From Octopus sinensis (taxonomy: Eukaryota): a DNA stretch of 64,000 nt. The DNA lies in contig NC_043013.1 in assembly GCF_006345805.1 (NCBI RefSeq), forward strand, positions 53,878,001 to 53,942,000. The letters are read 5' to 3'. Of the stretch, positions 62,601-64,000 are shown piece after piece (position 1 is the stretch's first letter; each line of letters starts with the position of its first letter). The notes below the pieces were generated by a model, which worked only from the letters and a program-made list of their open reading frames with translations, ran no database searches and was not told the origin of the DNA. The position numbers and the translations under genes were made by a program.

Positions 62601-64000
62601 TGGAGAATAATTTCCAAAACTGTTCATTACTCTAACAAAGCAATTAAGCTTCATTGTAAAAAAAAAAAAAAAAAACTTAGAAAAATTACAACTTCTGTAT
62701 AAACTGATTTCATGAATTATTGATGTTTCTCAATGTTTTTAGAATTTGTCATTCCAATTTTTTTTTCTGTTTCTTGCATGTCTGTTGCAGTTTAGGATGA
62801 GAGGATAGAACTGAAATGCTGATCCAAGTCTGTAGTAAAACCAATAGTGCTTAGTTTGAAATTTTTTTTTTTCTTTTTGGTTTCTTTTTCAGTGATGCAT
62901 TGAAAATTAATTTCAAACTCCTATTTAGTTTTTATGGTATATTCTTACAAATTAGTTTCAAACCATATTCTTTAATATTTTAGAAACCTTGTGTCAGATT
63001 CACTATACAAGTCAGAAATTTTAGCATAAGTCATCTAATATAGATTATTTGATGAAAAATAATGTAATAAATTTTGAATGGAGATTTCATTCGTATTCAC
63101 TGCCCCCAACATCTTTGGTTTGTTATTCTCTATATATGCTCTATATTTGATATAAGCACCAATATTGAAGTAAATTTTGGTGAAGTTCATTTAATGTTTT
63201 GAATTTATAATTAAAATGTGGGTGGTGGGGGTTCCTCTACTTGTGCTAGATAAGTTTATAGACTGCTTGCTTTAAGAACAACTTAATCAAGTATTCCATA
63301 CTAGTGAATATATAATGTATATTCCTTGGAAGATATTTATATATTTGCATTTATTGAAATATTTTTTAAGTACCTTTTTCCAAGTGAATTCTAAATGGCA
63401 TGAATTTTCCTCATCTGCAAACAATGCACTTTTTCTCATCAATCACCAGACATGAAGCTGAATACTTTTTAGCTAAATCTTGTCTTCTCAGGACTTTGAT
63501 TCTTTAGAACCTGTTGTTGTGTACATTTTCCTTCTGTAGAAGTTGAAGGGGAATTTCAACAGCATTGAACTTACTAGTCTGTGAGGGCTTGCAAGTGTTG
63601 TGCTTAACAATTCAAAGAAAAGTTTAAAATCTCCAGGAATGTCCTGATGAAACTGATTTTTTTTTCTGCATGTGCTAAAGAAAATGTAATTCGGTTAGCA
63701 GTAAAATATGAATTGTAACTTTCTGATTTACAACTTGTTTAAATCTAAATAAACATCTATATCCATTAACTTTGACATATAGACTACAAAACTTGATAAG
63801 ACTAACACATTCTATTTTCATGATGTCTTTATTCATTCAAAAGTATTCCATTGTTTTTTGGGGTTTTTTAACCAAAGATCCATCAAGATATGTTATGAAT
63901 TTTATCAAATGTAAAACACATAACTTTGGAAATATTTAACATTTTCCTGTTTAAGTATCATTGAAAACCACATTATATTCATCCATAATTGTATAAAATA

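Overview
Eukaryotic, AT-rich, repeat-dense non-coding DNA. It carries abundant (TA)n, (CA)n, (TATG)n and (CAT)n microsatellites, and the SINE/LINE repertoire suggests an octopus or other coleoid cephalopod (inference). I could not support any intact host protein-coding exon, and most listed ORFs are microsatellite or antisense artefacts. The window is a mosaic of mobile DNA: RTE-clade LINEs and many copies of their (GAT)n-tailed 3' end, at least three tRNA-derived SINE families, Penelope-like element remnants, an RLE-type (R4/Dong-like) remnant, four Tc1/mariner fossils plus a short mariner fragment, Helitron pieces and several foldback MITEs. The most notable signal is RNA structure. A non-coding ~777-bp unit sits as 2.5 head-to-tail copies in a (TA)n run (3498-5440), and a diverged relative lies at 12866-13330. 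Both carry, on the minus strand, a hammerhead-ribozyme motif whose three strands are in a non-circularly permuted order, supported by compensatory base changes between the two. Four further, more degenerate hammerhead-like motifs occur elsewhere: a back-to-back pair on opposite strands, a G3:C8-swapped core, one at the apex of a foldback element, and one in a Penelope 3' end. All structures were derived by eye; nothing was computed or searched.
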